Under the pieces are notes generated by a model that ran no database searches, was not told the origin of the DNA, and worked only from the letters and a program-made list of their open reading frames with translations. A DNA stretch of 64,000 nucleotides from Deltaproteobacteria bacterium (GTDB taxonomy: Bacteria; Desulfobacterota; Binatia; Binatales; Binataceae), in NCBI GenBank assembly GCA_003161515.1, contig PMOH01000316.1, positions 1,210 through 65,209 on the forward strand, in the 5' to 3' direction. Made by a program: the position numbers and the translations under genes. The first letter of the stretch is position 1. Each line of letters starts with the position of its first letter. Of the stretch, positions 29,017-38,449 are shown one piece after another.

Positions 29017-29508
29017 GTGGGATTCCAACTTAACGGTTACAACCTGGGCACGGACGTTTCGATGACGCTGCAGCACGTCGAGAGTGGCGTCGTGCTGCCG
29101 GCGGCGTTGCTGGGCCACCTGATGGAATTCCAGTTCGATCAGGAAGACCAAGTCATTCGCGTCGTGCCGATTACGAACGGCGGAAAGCCGCTGTACAACG
29201 TGGTCTACATGGGTTGGCGCGGGCACGCGATGTTCACCCGAGTCAACGGCGCCCTGACCGCGATCTTGGCGGCGACCGAGAAAGATTACTTCGACAACGG
29301 CCACCTCAATCACTTCAACATGCTGGCCACCGTGCTGAATCGCGACTCGACGGTGGATCAGTATATGTTCACCGCCGGTGTTCTGAGTCGGCATCAGGGC
29401 GGCAACTTCCGCGCGGACAAGGAAGTCGATCAGCGGATCGAGTTTAATTTCCAGCGGATGGTGCTGACGGCCGGGTACGCGGCGCTGCTTCCGATCGCGG
29501 CGGGATAA
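29017..29508 (+). CDS. tail tube protein
   Basis: 163 aa between the sheath and the chaperone/tape-measure genes. Confidence 0.55.
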   Translation: MGFQLNGYNLGTDVSMTLQHVESGVVLPAALLGHLMEFQFDQEDQVIRVVPITNGGKPLYNVVYMGWRGHAMFTRVNGALTAILAATEKDYFDNGHLNHFNMLATVLNRDSTVDQYMFTAGVLSRHQGGNFRADKEVDQRIEFNFQRMVLTAGYAALLPIAAG

Positions 29509-29562
29509 GAATGGCATAACTAAGCCTTAATTAAGGCATACTTACGACAGGGAGAGAGACAC

Positions 29563-30111
29563 ATGCCTGAAGAGACCAAACCGCCAGAGGAAGCATCTGG
29601 ACCCGGACCTATCCGGCGCCAAGTGCGCGAGGTAGATCCCGCGCGCGCGTCGAGGCAGCCGAACTTCCAGGACGCACAAGCCCAATCGGACGCTGTTGCC
29701 GATACGTTGCGCAAGGCAGCCGGAGGCGGGTTCGAACGCCCCGACTCACAGAACGGCGCGGCTTTCATTCCGAACGCAACAGGGGAGCGACCGTTTGTGC
29801 AGCTCCAACTTCCCGACGGTCGGACGTTGACCCTAGCCCAACCCGAGGTCGCCGTCGGCTTCATCCTCGGTCGAATTCTCGGACCCCAAGAGTCGAGCAA
29901 CCCACTCTCAGTTGGCTATGCGAAGGCCCTCATGTACGTCGCCGAGATCGATGGGCAGCCGGTCAGACGCCCGACCAATATGGCCGAGTTGCAGAATCTC
30001 TCGAACGTGATAGGTGATCGCAACCTAGATCTTGTATCGATGGAGTTCGCTCGATACTGGCCGCAGATGACCGAACTCACGGTCCTAAAAAAAAATGGGG
30101 TCGTCGGATGA
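29563..30111 (+). CDS. tail assembly chaperone
   Basis: Lies between the tube and tape-measure genes. A poly-A9 slippery run (30087-30095) sits in its last codons, with an overlapping extension ORF. Confidence 0.45.
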   Translation: MPEETKPPEEASGPGPIRRQVREVDPARASRQPNFQDAQAQSDAVADTLRKAAGGGFERPDSQNGAAFIPNATGERPFVQLQLPDGRTLTLAQPEVAVGFILGRILGPQESSNPLSVGYAKALMYVAEIDGQPVRRPTNMAELQNLSNVIGDRNLDLVSMEFARYWPQMTELTVLKKNGVVG

Positions 30112-30304
30112 CGTCCGCGAGATCGTGGCGGCGGTTAAGCACGGCCTCAGTTATTACGATGCCGTGAGGATGCATCCCAGTGAACGGCAGGCATTTCTTT
30201 ACGTGGCAGCGGAGATGGACGGGATGCGTGTCAACTGGGAAACCGGCGAAATCAGCGAGCCGCAGCAGCCGGGACGAGATCCGCGCGTGGCTGGGCGGGA
30301 GTAG
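30095..30304 (+). CDS. tail assembly chaperone extension ORF (frameshift or slippage product)
   Basis: 69-aa ORF in the +1 frame relative to the upstream gene. It starts within the A9 run. This is the classic two-ORF chaperone architecture. Confidence 0.35.
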   Translation: MGSSDDVREIVAAVKHGLSYYDAVRMHPSERQAFLYVAAEMDGMRVNWETGEISEPQQPGRDPRVAGRE

Positions 30305-30307
30305 GCG

Positions 30308-30922
30308 ATGCGCGACTTCGATAGTTTTGAAGCCTTCGGCGCGTTCTGGGAATTTGCGGTCATACCCGGCTACTTGCTCGCCATGCACGCGGCGCTCGAT
30401 GAATGCGGCGCCGCCGTCAAAGAACGCATCCAAGAGAAGATAGGCGTCTCCCAAGGTCCGAGCCACGGCTACCCCGGCTGGGCTCCGCTCGCCGATACGA
30501 CCCTGCATGGATGGGGACCGAACCCCGGAAAGATAGCTCTCGGTCAGACCGGGCGGCGCAGCGGCGAAGATCCGCTCATGGCAACCGGGAAATCGCGCGA
30601 CGAAATCGAGTATGTCGTTCATCGCAACGATCTCGCGGTCACGATCGGCAGTAACAGCGACGGCCTTTTCTACGCGGAGTTCGGGACCGTGAACGAACCG
30701 CCGCGACCAACCTTTCGGCCAGCAGCAGAAGAGATCGTCGAAGAGGTCATGCTCGCGCGCATCGGCGAATTCGCCGTCGCGGGCATCACCGGCATAGGAA
30801 TCAGAACGCTCTACACCTCGGCTCAACTGTCTAATTTCGGCACTGGTCGCGAATACGTGAATACTTCGCGCGCGAGCTTCCGCGGATTCGCGCGCGGGAT
30901 GGGCATGAGGAGTCGATTTTAG
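30308..30922 (+). CDS. hypothetical tail-module protein
   Basis: 204-aa ORF between the chaperone and the tape measure. Confidence 0.35.
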   Translation: MRDFDSFEAFGAFWEFAVIPGYLLAMHAALDECGAAVKERIQEKIGVSQGPSHGYPGWAPLADTTLHGWGPNPGKIALGQTGRRSGEDPLMATGKSRDEIEYVVHRNDLAVTIGSNSDGLFYAEFGTVNEPPRPTFRPAAEEIVEEVMLARIGEFAVAGITGIGIRTLYTSAQLSNFGTGREYVNTSRASFRGFARGMGMRSRF

Positions 30923-33025
30923 ATGGCTGGTTTCTCCGGATTTAAGGTCGGTATCTCGATTTTCCTGCTGGATCAGGCAAGTCGCGGGTTGATGGGAATC
31001 ACCCGCTCGATCGCGAGCGCAACCGGGGCGAGCAGAGCTTTGCGCGCCGAGCTCGCCGGCATTCAGACTTCGATGCGGATCGGGATGGGTATGACCATGA
31101 TCGGCGGCGCTGGACTTGGGCTGATCGGAAAGGCAGTCAAGGACGCTGCCGAATTCCAGATCAACATGGTGCGCGTCGCGAATATGTTCAAGCTCTCGAC
31201 CGATCAGGCGCGCCTATTCAAAAACGAGCTATTCGAGATCTCGCACCGCACGATGTTCTCCGCGGAAAACATCCAAGACGTAGCGCTCGGCATGAAGAAT
31301 GTCGGTATTAACTTCGAGAACATCAGCAAGTTGCTGCCGCAATTCAGCGCCGCTGCGGAAATCTTATTCAGAGTCAGCAAGGGCGGCGTGTCGCCGCAGC
31401 AAACCGGACAAGTCCTGGGCGAATTCGCGCATACCTTGGGGGTCTACGATCCGAAAGGGCTGGCGCGGCTGAGTAACGTGCTGGTCAACGCCGCGCAACT
31501 CATACCAGGAGGAGCGCAGGGACTCATCACACAGCTCGGCTATCTCCGTCCAGCGCAGCTTATGGGGATTCCTCCGGGTAATCTCACTCCGCAACAAACA
31601 GAGGAGTTCCAGGTCCGCGGCGGAATCAAAATGGTTGAACTGTCCGCGCTGGCGCAGCAGATCGTCGGCGGCAGAGGTTCGGGCGCCAGAGGTCCGGCTT
31701 CTGGCGCGGCGATGCTCAATTTCCTAATGGGTGCCGCTGGCGTAGGTACAACTCTGACGGGTTTTGGATTCATTCAGAATCAACTCGGTCGAGCAGCGCT
31801 CGGATTTCTCGATCCTGCGACCGGAAAATCCCCGGCGATGGCAAGCGGCGCCCTCGATATTTGGAAGGAGGTACAGACAGCACAGGCGGCATTCAATCAG
31901 GCCCGGACACTCCAAGGTCAGCAGCAGATGGTACGGCGAATGGTCCAGGAGATGAGTCATGCGCACATGACTCTCCGTCAGGTCACCACGATTATGAATG
32001 CGCCGATGATCAAGGGAGTGCTGGCAGGACAGGTGCAAAACCCCGGCGCGTTAGTAGATATGTTCGAGAAGTTCATCGGTGGGCAGACCGGGATGCGTTT
32101 TGCTGCGACAGTGTCCGCGCCCGGCACCGTCACTGCGATGCAGAATCTCGTCAAGTCCATCGAGGGCGGCGCCAGCATCGCCGAGCAGCAGCAGAAGTTT
32201 CTCGACACCCTGCCCGGTCGTTGGGCCCAGCTCACGACCGATATTCACAATGTATCGATCGAGATCGGGACAACGCTGCTACCCATCCTTACGCGGTGGG
32301 TGGTGAGCATCGACAGCGTCGTCGAAAAGTTTCGGATTTGGATCGAGGCGCATCCGGTTGCTACGAAGCGGCTAACAGAGTTGGCGGCCGCCATCTCCGG
32401 ACTTACACTCGCCGGCGGAGTAGCGATTTCCCTTTTGGCAGTTGGCCGTGCGCTCCGGATCATAGCGGGGATAGGAGGTTTCGGGTCGATCGCTGGCGCG
32501 ATCGTAACGGCGCTTACAGGACCAACGGCTCTCATAATCGGTGGCGCAATCGCGGCGGGGTTCATCGCCTGGATGATAACCAAGTGGACCGGTCTAGGAG
32601 GTCCCGACGATCCGCTTGCTAAGCTGCATCGTGACGCCGAGAAGGATCGTCCGAAGACGATGAGTGAATGGTGGCGCCGTATGGTTGGGCCATCGACGCC
32701 TATTCCCGGTGCCTTCAAAGACAGCCCTGAATACGAAGAGTGGCGGAAGCGAATTCATCCGTTTGGCACACCGGCGCCGGTGCCAGCGCATAAGAGTCCG
32801 TCGGCATATTTCGGTCGGCCGTTCGGTGGCGGCATCGAGCCCGCGATGGCAACAGGTGGCGTCACGATCGCACCTGGCGCGATCCATATCGAAGTTCACG
32901 GCGACATCGCCGGCGACTCGACGATCGAGAAGCTCCGGCGCGAGCTGCACGCGGCGCTGCTCTCGTTCGGCAGCGGCGGGGGCGTTACCGAATCTACATT
33001 CGCTCATGGAGCGGCGTCGATCTAA
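30923..33025 (+). CDS. tail tape measure protein
   Basis: 700 aa, predicted to be helical. It has a central hydrophobic/TM-like segment (AAAISGLTLAGGVAISLLAVG ... IIGGAIAAGFIAWMI) and sits downstream of the chaperone. Confidence 0.65.
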   Translation: MAGFSGFKVGISIFLLDQASRGLMGITRSIASATGASRALRAELAGIQTSMRIGMGMTMIGGAGLGLIGKAVKDAAEFQINMVRVANMFKLSTDQARLFKNELFEISHRTMFSAENIQDVALGMKNVGINFENISKLLPQFSAAAEILFRVSKGGVSPQQTGQVLGEFAHTLGVYDPKGLARLSNVLVNAAQLIPGGAQGLITQLGYLRPAQLMGIPPGNLTPQQTEEFQVRGGIKMVELSALAQQIVGGRGSGARGPASGAAMLNFLMGAAGVGTTLTGFGFIQNQLGRAALGFLDPATGKSPAMASGALDIWKEVQTAQAAFNQARTLQGQQQMVRRMVQEMSHAHMTLRQVTTIMNAPMIKGVLAGQVQNPGALVDMFEKFIGGQTGMRFAATVSAPGTVTAMQNLVKSIEGGASIAEQQQKFLDTLPGRWAQLTTDIHNVSIEIGTTLLPILTRWVVSIDSVVEKFRIWIEAHPVATKRLTELAAAISGLTLAGGVAISLLAVGRALRIIAGIGGFGSIAGAIVTALTGPTALIIGGAIAAGFIAWMITKWTGLGGPDDPLAKLHRDAEKDRPKTMSEWWRRMVGPSTPIPGAFKDSPEYEEWRKRIHPFGTPAPVPAHKSPSAYFGRPFGGGIEPAMATGGVTIAPGAIHIEVHGDIAGDSTIEKLRRELHAALLSFGSGGGVTESTFAHGAASI

Positions 33026-34006
33026 ATGGGCGCGATACCCATACTGACGAACTTAGGGACGGCCGTCATCGGAAATGCGGCGCGCCTTCTTTTCGGTGGA
33101 CCCCAACCGCTCGACTTCTTCATCGGGACGTCGACCGCCAACCCCGAGATCGTATTCGGCGACGGGAGCAATCTCCGCGGCAACGTCGGGATGGAGATCC
33201 CGGAAGAGTTCGATGGTTTGGGAGGCACCCAGATGTTCGCCGGCCACGACTTCCCCGGCGGTGTCAGGACACTCCAGCAGATGGGGGCCTTTCCCGAGAC
33301 GCTCAAGTGGAAGGGGACCCTGATAGGCGGTCAGGCTTTCGCGCGCGCGGCATCCATGGACCGTCTACGCATCAATGCCGCTGGAACTTTGCTCTTCCTC
33401 AACTATGGTCCGTGGCAGTGGCAGGGCTTACTGATTCGATTCAAAGGCCGGGTGCGCCATCAATGGTTGATCGAATACGAGGCCGAATTCGAACCGTTCA
33501 TCGACCTGACGAACACCAACCAAGTGATTGCCGCCCAGGGCTCTCAGAGCTTGCTCACCGAACTGATGAACAGTCTGAGCACGTTCGTCGGCAACACGAC
33601 CGGACTCTCGGCTGACGTACTCAGCGAGATCAGCTTAGTAATCGCGTCGATTGGTTCCGCTGGATTGGCAGCAGATCCATCGTTGGTATCGAATGCGATC
33701 GACGCTGTGACGGGATCTGATAGCGCCGTGTTCGCACAAGCGAAGAGTCCTAACCCGGCGGATGCCGCGCTGGTCGGAGACGTGCTTTCTAAACTTCTGC
33801 TCCTGGCGCAACTCTACCCGGTGGCCCCGCCGATCAAGACTCAAATCAATCGCATCAATCCGAATCTGCCGGCGTTGGCGGCCGAGCAGCTTGGGGATCA
33901 GAAGCAATGGCCAGCGATCGCAGCGGCGAACGGTCTCTTGGAGACGATGCCCAAGGGGGTGTTCGTACATCTCAACATTCCCCAAGCGGTGAGCGGGGGA
34001 GGATGA
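33026..34006 (+). CDS. tail/baseplate protein
   Basis: 326 aa, directly after the tape measure (ATGA overlap). Confidence 0.4.
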   Translation: MGAIPILTNLGTAVIGNAARLLFGGPQPLDFFIGTSTANPEIVFGDGSNLRGNVGMEIPEEFDGLGGTQMFAGHDFPGGVRTLQQMGAFPETLKWKGTLIGGQAFARAASMDRLRINAAGTLLFLNYGPWQWQGLLIRFKGRVRHQWLIEYEAEFEPFIDLTNTNQVIAAQGSQSLLTELMNSLSTFVGNTTGLSADVLSEISLVIASIGSAGLAADPSLVSNAIDAVTGSDSAVFAQAKSPNPADAALVGDVLSKLLLLAQLYPVAPPIKTQINRINPNLPALAAEQLGDQKQWPAIAAANGLLETMPKGVFVHLNIPQAVSGGG

Positions 34007-34013
34007 AAGGAGC

Positions 34014-34211
34014 ATGGCAATGCCGGAAGACACTAAATATACGGAATTGGCGAAGTGGCATCCTGAAGCCAAGGCAGTGATCGAATCGCGAATAAACGCT
34101 GCCGACTTCGGAAGTGAGAACATCGACAAGATAATCACAATCGCAGCGGATCTCCTTCTAGATAATGAAATTCTGGCCATAGCTTGTGGCCAAAAAAAAC
34201 AGAATGCCTAA
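34014..34211 (+). CDS. small tail-module protein
   Basis: 65 aa. It ends in a poly-A8 run (34192-34199) that overlaps the next gene. Confidence 0.25.
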   Translation: MAMPEDTKYTELAKWHPEAKAVIESRINAADFGSENIDKIITIAADLLLDNEILAIACGQKKQNA

Positions 34212-35430
34212 AATCGTTCCACAGGTTGTGATCGCGGGGAGGACGATCCCGGTATCCAGTTTTCGAACGCAGCGCGGAAGCTATGGGGCAATCGGGACCT
34301 GTGCGTTCACAACCGACGTGGAGCAATTGAAGACGAACAGTCTCAACATACTCAAAGCGAATCAGGCGGCGGTCGGAGGCCAACTCGGCGCCAGTCTCCC
34401 GATCGTAATATCGATCAGCACGGATGGGGGCAACAACTTCACCAAGCTCTGGACCGGCGATATGGACGATGCCGATTTCGACTTCCAAGGAGACACCGTC
34501 ACGATCCGTGGCCGAGATCAGGCGGCGCGGCTTTTCGACGATCGCGTCGTGCTCAAGGCGGACGAATATCAGAACAAGCGTCCGTACGAAATTGCGATCA
34601 AGTTGGCTGGCGACTACGGTCTCACTCCAAAAGTAACGGTCGATAGGACCCAGCCATTGGCGGGCGACCTCTATAAGATCGACGCGGTGAGCCTACCTCT
34701 GCCACGGCCAAAGTGGGACTTGTTGGTTTTCCTTGCCCGGTCAGTAGGATGGGAAGTCTTCGCCGGACTCGATAACGATCTGTTCTTCGGTCCTGCGGTC
34801 CCCGGCAAGCCGCACAAATTTACTTGGAAGATGAATGACCCTAGCGCGGGTATCCCCGTGATGAATCTTCACATGGAGTACCAGCCGCGGCGGAACATGA
34901 CCTTTCAGATCCTGGTGATGAGTCAGCACGCCGCGACCGAAGAAGTCTACTCAGAACGAATCATGGTAATTAATCAGGAGATCACCATTGACACTGTTCG
35001 CAAGGTGAAGGCCGGGGTCTACAAGGGATCTGCCGCACAGCGGTTGCGATCCGCGATCTCGAGCAAGCTCGACGGACGGCCACTCTACATTTTTTATCCA
35101 CAAGGCAAGACGCTCCAGCAGGTCCAGGGGCTTGCCGAACGCATCTATTACGACATTGCGCGCAAGCTGTTCGTCGCGTCGGGCGAGGTCGATGGCTTGG
35201 TGACTCTGAATCTTCAGGACTCGATTCAGCTTGTCGAGGCGAACGCCGGAGATCTCCAAGGCTTCGCGGGGCAGCAGCTTTCGCTGGTCAGCGTGGCGCA
35301 TCGCTTCCAGATGGCGCCGCGTGGTAAGAACGAGGCGGGATTCGTAACCGATTGGAAGGCGCATTTTCTTCCTGCGAGTCCGAGTTCGGGGACCGAGGAT
35401 CCGATCTTGGTAACGGGAGGTGAGGGTTAA
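34204..35430 (+). CDS. baseplate hub / tail protein
   Basis: 408 aa from the ATG at 34204. The longer ORF from GTG 34186 is also possible. Position fits gpD in P2-like layouts. Confidence 0.4.
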   Translation: MPKIVPQVVIAGRTIPVSSFRTQRGSYGAIGTCAFTTDVEQLKTNSLNILKANQAAVGGQLGASLPIVISISTDGGNNFTKLWTGDMDDADFDFQGDTVTIRGRDQAARLFDDRVVLKADEYQNKRPYEIAIKLAGDYGLTPKVTVDRTQPLAGDLYKIDAVSLPLPRPKWDLLVFLARSVGWEVFAGLDNDLFFGPAVPGKPHKFTWKMNDPSAGIPVMNLHMEYQPRRNMTFQILVMSQHAATEEVYSERIMVINQEITIDTVRKVKAGVYKGSAAQRLRSAISSKLDGRPLYIFYPQGKTLQQVQGLAERIYYDIARKLFVASGEVDGLVTLNLQDSIQLVEANAGDLQGFAGQQLSLVSVAHRFQMAPRGKNEAGFVTDWKAHFLPASPSSGTEDPILVTGGEG

Positions 35431-35432
35431 AG

Positions 35433-35942
35433 GTGATGATGCCAGTGGTCGCCCCATATCTGACTACCTCGAAGGTTCTGACCATTGCTGCGAGCGGAGC
35501 GGTCGGCAGTGCCGTCTCTGCGCTTGCCGCACCTGCCTTCGATTGGAACACCGCTATCGCTGCGGGAATCGGTGCGGTGGTCTCTTCCACAGTCTCAGGG
35601 TTGATCATCGTTACCTTCGGGGCTTATTTGAATCGGCGGCTAAATGCCATCACTACCCACGTAGATGGCAAGATGGAAGAGTTGATACGCGCCAAAGAAA
35701 GCGTGGCGCTACGAACAGGATGGGACGCGGGGACTCAACACGCGGATGATCGCGCACAAGACGCCGCCGAGAAGACCGCTGTTGCTGCGACCGCGCTAGG
35801 TGATGCTCGCGAGCGGGCGGCCACTGCAGAAGGCAGACATATAGGCGCAATCGAGGAACAGTCTCGCAAGGCAGACGAAGATGCGACAATTGCGGCAGCG
35901 GCTAAGTCTGGCGTACATCCGCCGGATAAACCAGAGAAATAG
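35433..35942 (+). CDS. hypothetical membrane-anchored protein
   Basis: Hydrophobic N-terminal segments, then an Ala-rich helical tail. Confidence 0.35.
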   Translation: MMMPVVAPYLTTSKVLTIAASGAVGSAVSALAAPAFDWNTAIAAGIGAVVSSTVSGLIIVTFGAYLNRRLNAITTHVDGKMEELIRAKESVALRTGWDAGTQHADDRAQDAAEKTAVAATALGDARERAATAEGRHIGAIEEQSRKADEDATIAAAAKSGVHPPDKPEK

Positions 35943-35947
35943 AATAA

Positions 35948-36874
35948 ATGTTTCAATCTTACGATGAAGTCCTGCATCTGCTTGTGCACGCCGCCGCGCG
36001 CCAGCAAGGTGACAGGCGGATGACCTTCTACGGTCACATCGTTGCTTATGACGCGAAGAACCATTGCGTCAAAGTCCAGATCCCGACGCTCGCGGTCGAC
36101 GAAAGCTCGCCGGGGGTCGTTACCGGATGGATACCCCTAGGGAGCCATATGGTCGGAAACGGATGGGGCGCGCAGTTTGCGCCCGAGGCCGACGCATCAG
36201 GAATCCAGACGACCACGCCGACCGGAACTCCGTGCGAAATCCAACTCAACGAGCAGGACGGCGCCGCGACGATCGTGGCGCTTCGCTACACCGATAAGCA
36301 TCGCGCGCCGTTCCCGAACATGGTTGCCGGCGAATTCGCCCTGAAGTCAAAGGCAGGCAGCTACATCTACTATTTCAAAGACGGTTCGGCGGCACGGACA
36401 TTTCAGAAAGACCCGATGGGCAACACCATCAAGGAGACACTCGACGCTCAAGGGAACCTGAGTTTCCTCTTGCCGGGAGGCGCTCAAGTTAGCGCGACGC
36501 CGACAGGCTATAGCGTTACGGGCCCTGGCGAGGGCGGTGGGGGCGGAGGAGCCTCGCCGGCATCGGTCCAACTGAGTAACGACGGAAGCTACTCGGTCCA
36601 GAACAGCAAATGCTTCGTCATAGGTACGAGCGATGGCGCGGTCGCGATCGAGAACACTTTCGGCAACGTAGAGATCAATGAAGAGGGTATTATAACTCTC
36701 ACGACTCTCGGTATGGTGATGACCTTCAATCACCTACTAGGTTGGACCATCATCACGCTATCGGGTGTCATCAACATTCCGCTGGTTGGCCCGATGGTGG
36801 TGAGTTCTACGATCGGAATTCAACTGGTCGCTCCTACGAACACGATTAAAGCAAACGGGAACGTGCTTGGCTGA
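35948..36874 (+). CDS. baseplate spike (gpV-like) protein
   Basis: 308 aa with an N-terminal OB-like region and a Gly-run (GEGGGGGGA), upstream of the W/J-like genes. Positional call. Confidence 0.4.
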   Translation: MFQSYDEVLHLLVHAAARQQGDRRMTFYGHIVAYDAKNHCVKVQIPTLAVDESSPGVVTGWIPLGSHMVGNGWGAQFAPEADASGIQTTTPTGTPCEIQLNEQDGAATIVALRYTDKHRAPFPNMVAGEFALKSKAGSYIYYFKDGSAARTFQKDPMGNTIKETLDAQGNLSFLLPGGAQVSATPTGYSVTGPGEGGGGGGASPASVQLSNDGSYSVQNSKCFVIGTSDGAVAIENTFGNVEINEEGIITLTTLGMVMTFNHLLGWTIITLSGVINIPLVGPMVVSSTIGIQLVAPTNTIKANGNVLG

Positions 36875-37275
36875 TGGATCTTTTTTTAGACTACGGAGCG
36901 GATCTAGTGCTCGACCAGAATGGCGGGATGCAAACTGCCGTGGGTTGGGATGAAACCAGGCAAAGGATTCTCCGCGACCTCTGTACTAACTCGCAGTCTA
37001 TTTTGCCTGACGGGTCTCCCGTTCAACCTGAATATATTTATGACACGAGTTACGGCCGCAATTTTCGGGTCTTAGTCGACCAGCCCATCGGCGCCGCATA
37101 TCGATCGCAACTGTTGCAGGCGGTTTTCGCAGCGGTGATGGTGGACGTGGCGGTGAATTCTAACGTCCCGCCGGGCATTCGGCTGATACGCCCCGACGTC
37201 CGAACCCTATTGGTCATAATCTCCGTGCCGCTGCAGAATCAGACCGTCGGTACGATCGCATTGCAGGTGACCTGA
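36874..37275 (+). CDS. baseplate wedge gpW/gp25-like protein
   Basis: 133 aa. Size and position immediately upstream of a J-sized gene fit the conserved V-W-J order. Confidence 0.4.
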   Translation: MDLFLDYGADLVLDQNGGMQTAVGWDETRQRILRDLCTNSQSILPDGSPVQPEYIYDTSYGRNFRVLVDQPIGAAYRSQLLQAVFAAVMVDVAVNSNVPPGIRLIRPDVRTLLVIISVPLQNQTVGTIALQVT

Positions 37276-38444
37276 TGGGCGCAGGACTTCCATCGACCGC
37301 AAATCTTCAATTCAAGAGCTTCGATCAACTCGTCGCCGATTTGAGCAATCGATGGGGCGGCGCTACGGGCACGACGCCGAATCTGAAGTCGGGGAGCGTG
37401 GCGAAGGCGCTATTCGAAACCTTCGCGACGCAGTTCGTTTACTTCGAGTTCTTGCTGCAGGCCATCCAAGCGATGGCACGCCTGTCGACCAGCGTGGGGT
37501 CGGACTGCGATAGCTTCGTCGGCGACTTCGGGATGCCTCGGTTGCCGGCGACCCTCGCGAGCGGATCCGTCACACTCGGCCTGTTGTCGCCGAGCATCGG
37601 CGTGACCCCGGTCGCGGTGGGGACGGTTGTTCAGAGCCAAGGCGGCGTATTCCAATATCAACTTGTGGCCGATCTAACGCAGCCTGCCTACAATGCCTCG
37701 CTCCAAGCGTATGTCTTTCAGCCCGGACAGACTTCGATAACAGCGACCGCTCAGGCGGTCCTTCCCGGATCTTCCCAGAACGTCCAAGCCTCAATCCTCA
37801 CGCAGCTCGCGCAGGCCGGAAGCGGCGTCGACACGGTCACTAATCCTTCGCCCATCCAGAACGGCAAGGACCAGGAGACCGACGCGCAACTCAAGGCCAG
37901 GTTCGTTCTCTTTATCGCGGCGTTTTCGGAGGCAACCGAGGCGGCCATTCTCTTCGCGATCGCGTCGACCCAGCAAGGACTCGATGTGGCCCTGCTCGAT
38001 AATACGAATACCACCGGCAATCCGGAGCCAGGCTTTTTTACGGCGGTGGTCGAGGACGGCAGCGGCACTTTGCCGCTCGCGCTGCAAACCGCGCTCTACA
38101 ACGCGATCGACGTGGTGCGCGCCTTTACTATTGAGTTTGCGGTCATCGGGCCGACGCTGATCAGCCCTACCGTGGCGCTGCCGATCCACGTCGCTGCAGG
38201 AGCCAACGTCGGCCTTGTTACGCAGGCAGTGGCAACCGCGATCTTGGACTATGTGAATTCGCTAACGATCGGCCAATCTCTCAATTTAAGTCGGCTGATA
38301 CTGGTAGCCGAGGATGCGGACCCGAACGTCGCGAACGTGAACAGCGAGGGCGTCCTAATCAATGGCCTCGATAGCGACTTGGTGGTGAATCAGGTATCGC
38401 TGATCAGGCTCACATCCGGGAATTTGACGGTGAGCACTTTCTAA
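37275..38444 (+). CDS. baseplate J-like protein
   Basis: 389 aa. Follows the conserved V-W-J synteny. Confidence 0.45.
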   Translation: MGAGLPSTANLQFKSFDQLVADLSNRWGGATGTTPNLKSGSVAKALFETFATQFVYFEFLLQAIQAMARLSTSVGSDCDSFVGDFGMPRLPATLASGSVTLGLLSPSIGVTPVAVGTVVQSQGGVFQYQLVADLTQPAYNASLQAYVFQPGQTSITATAQAVLPGSSQNVQASILTQLAQAGSGVDTVTNPSPIQNGKDQETDAQLKARFVLFIAAFSEATEAAILFAIASTQQGLDVALLDNTNTTGNPEPGFFTAVVEDGSGTLPLALQTALYNAIDVVRAFTIEFAVIGPTLISPTVALPIHVAAGANVGLVTQAVATAILDYVNSLTIGQSLNLSRLILVAEDADPNVANVNSEGVLINGLDSDLVVNQVSLIRLTSGNLTVSTF

Positions 38445-38449
38445 CAAAC

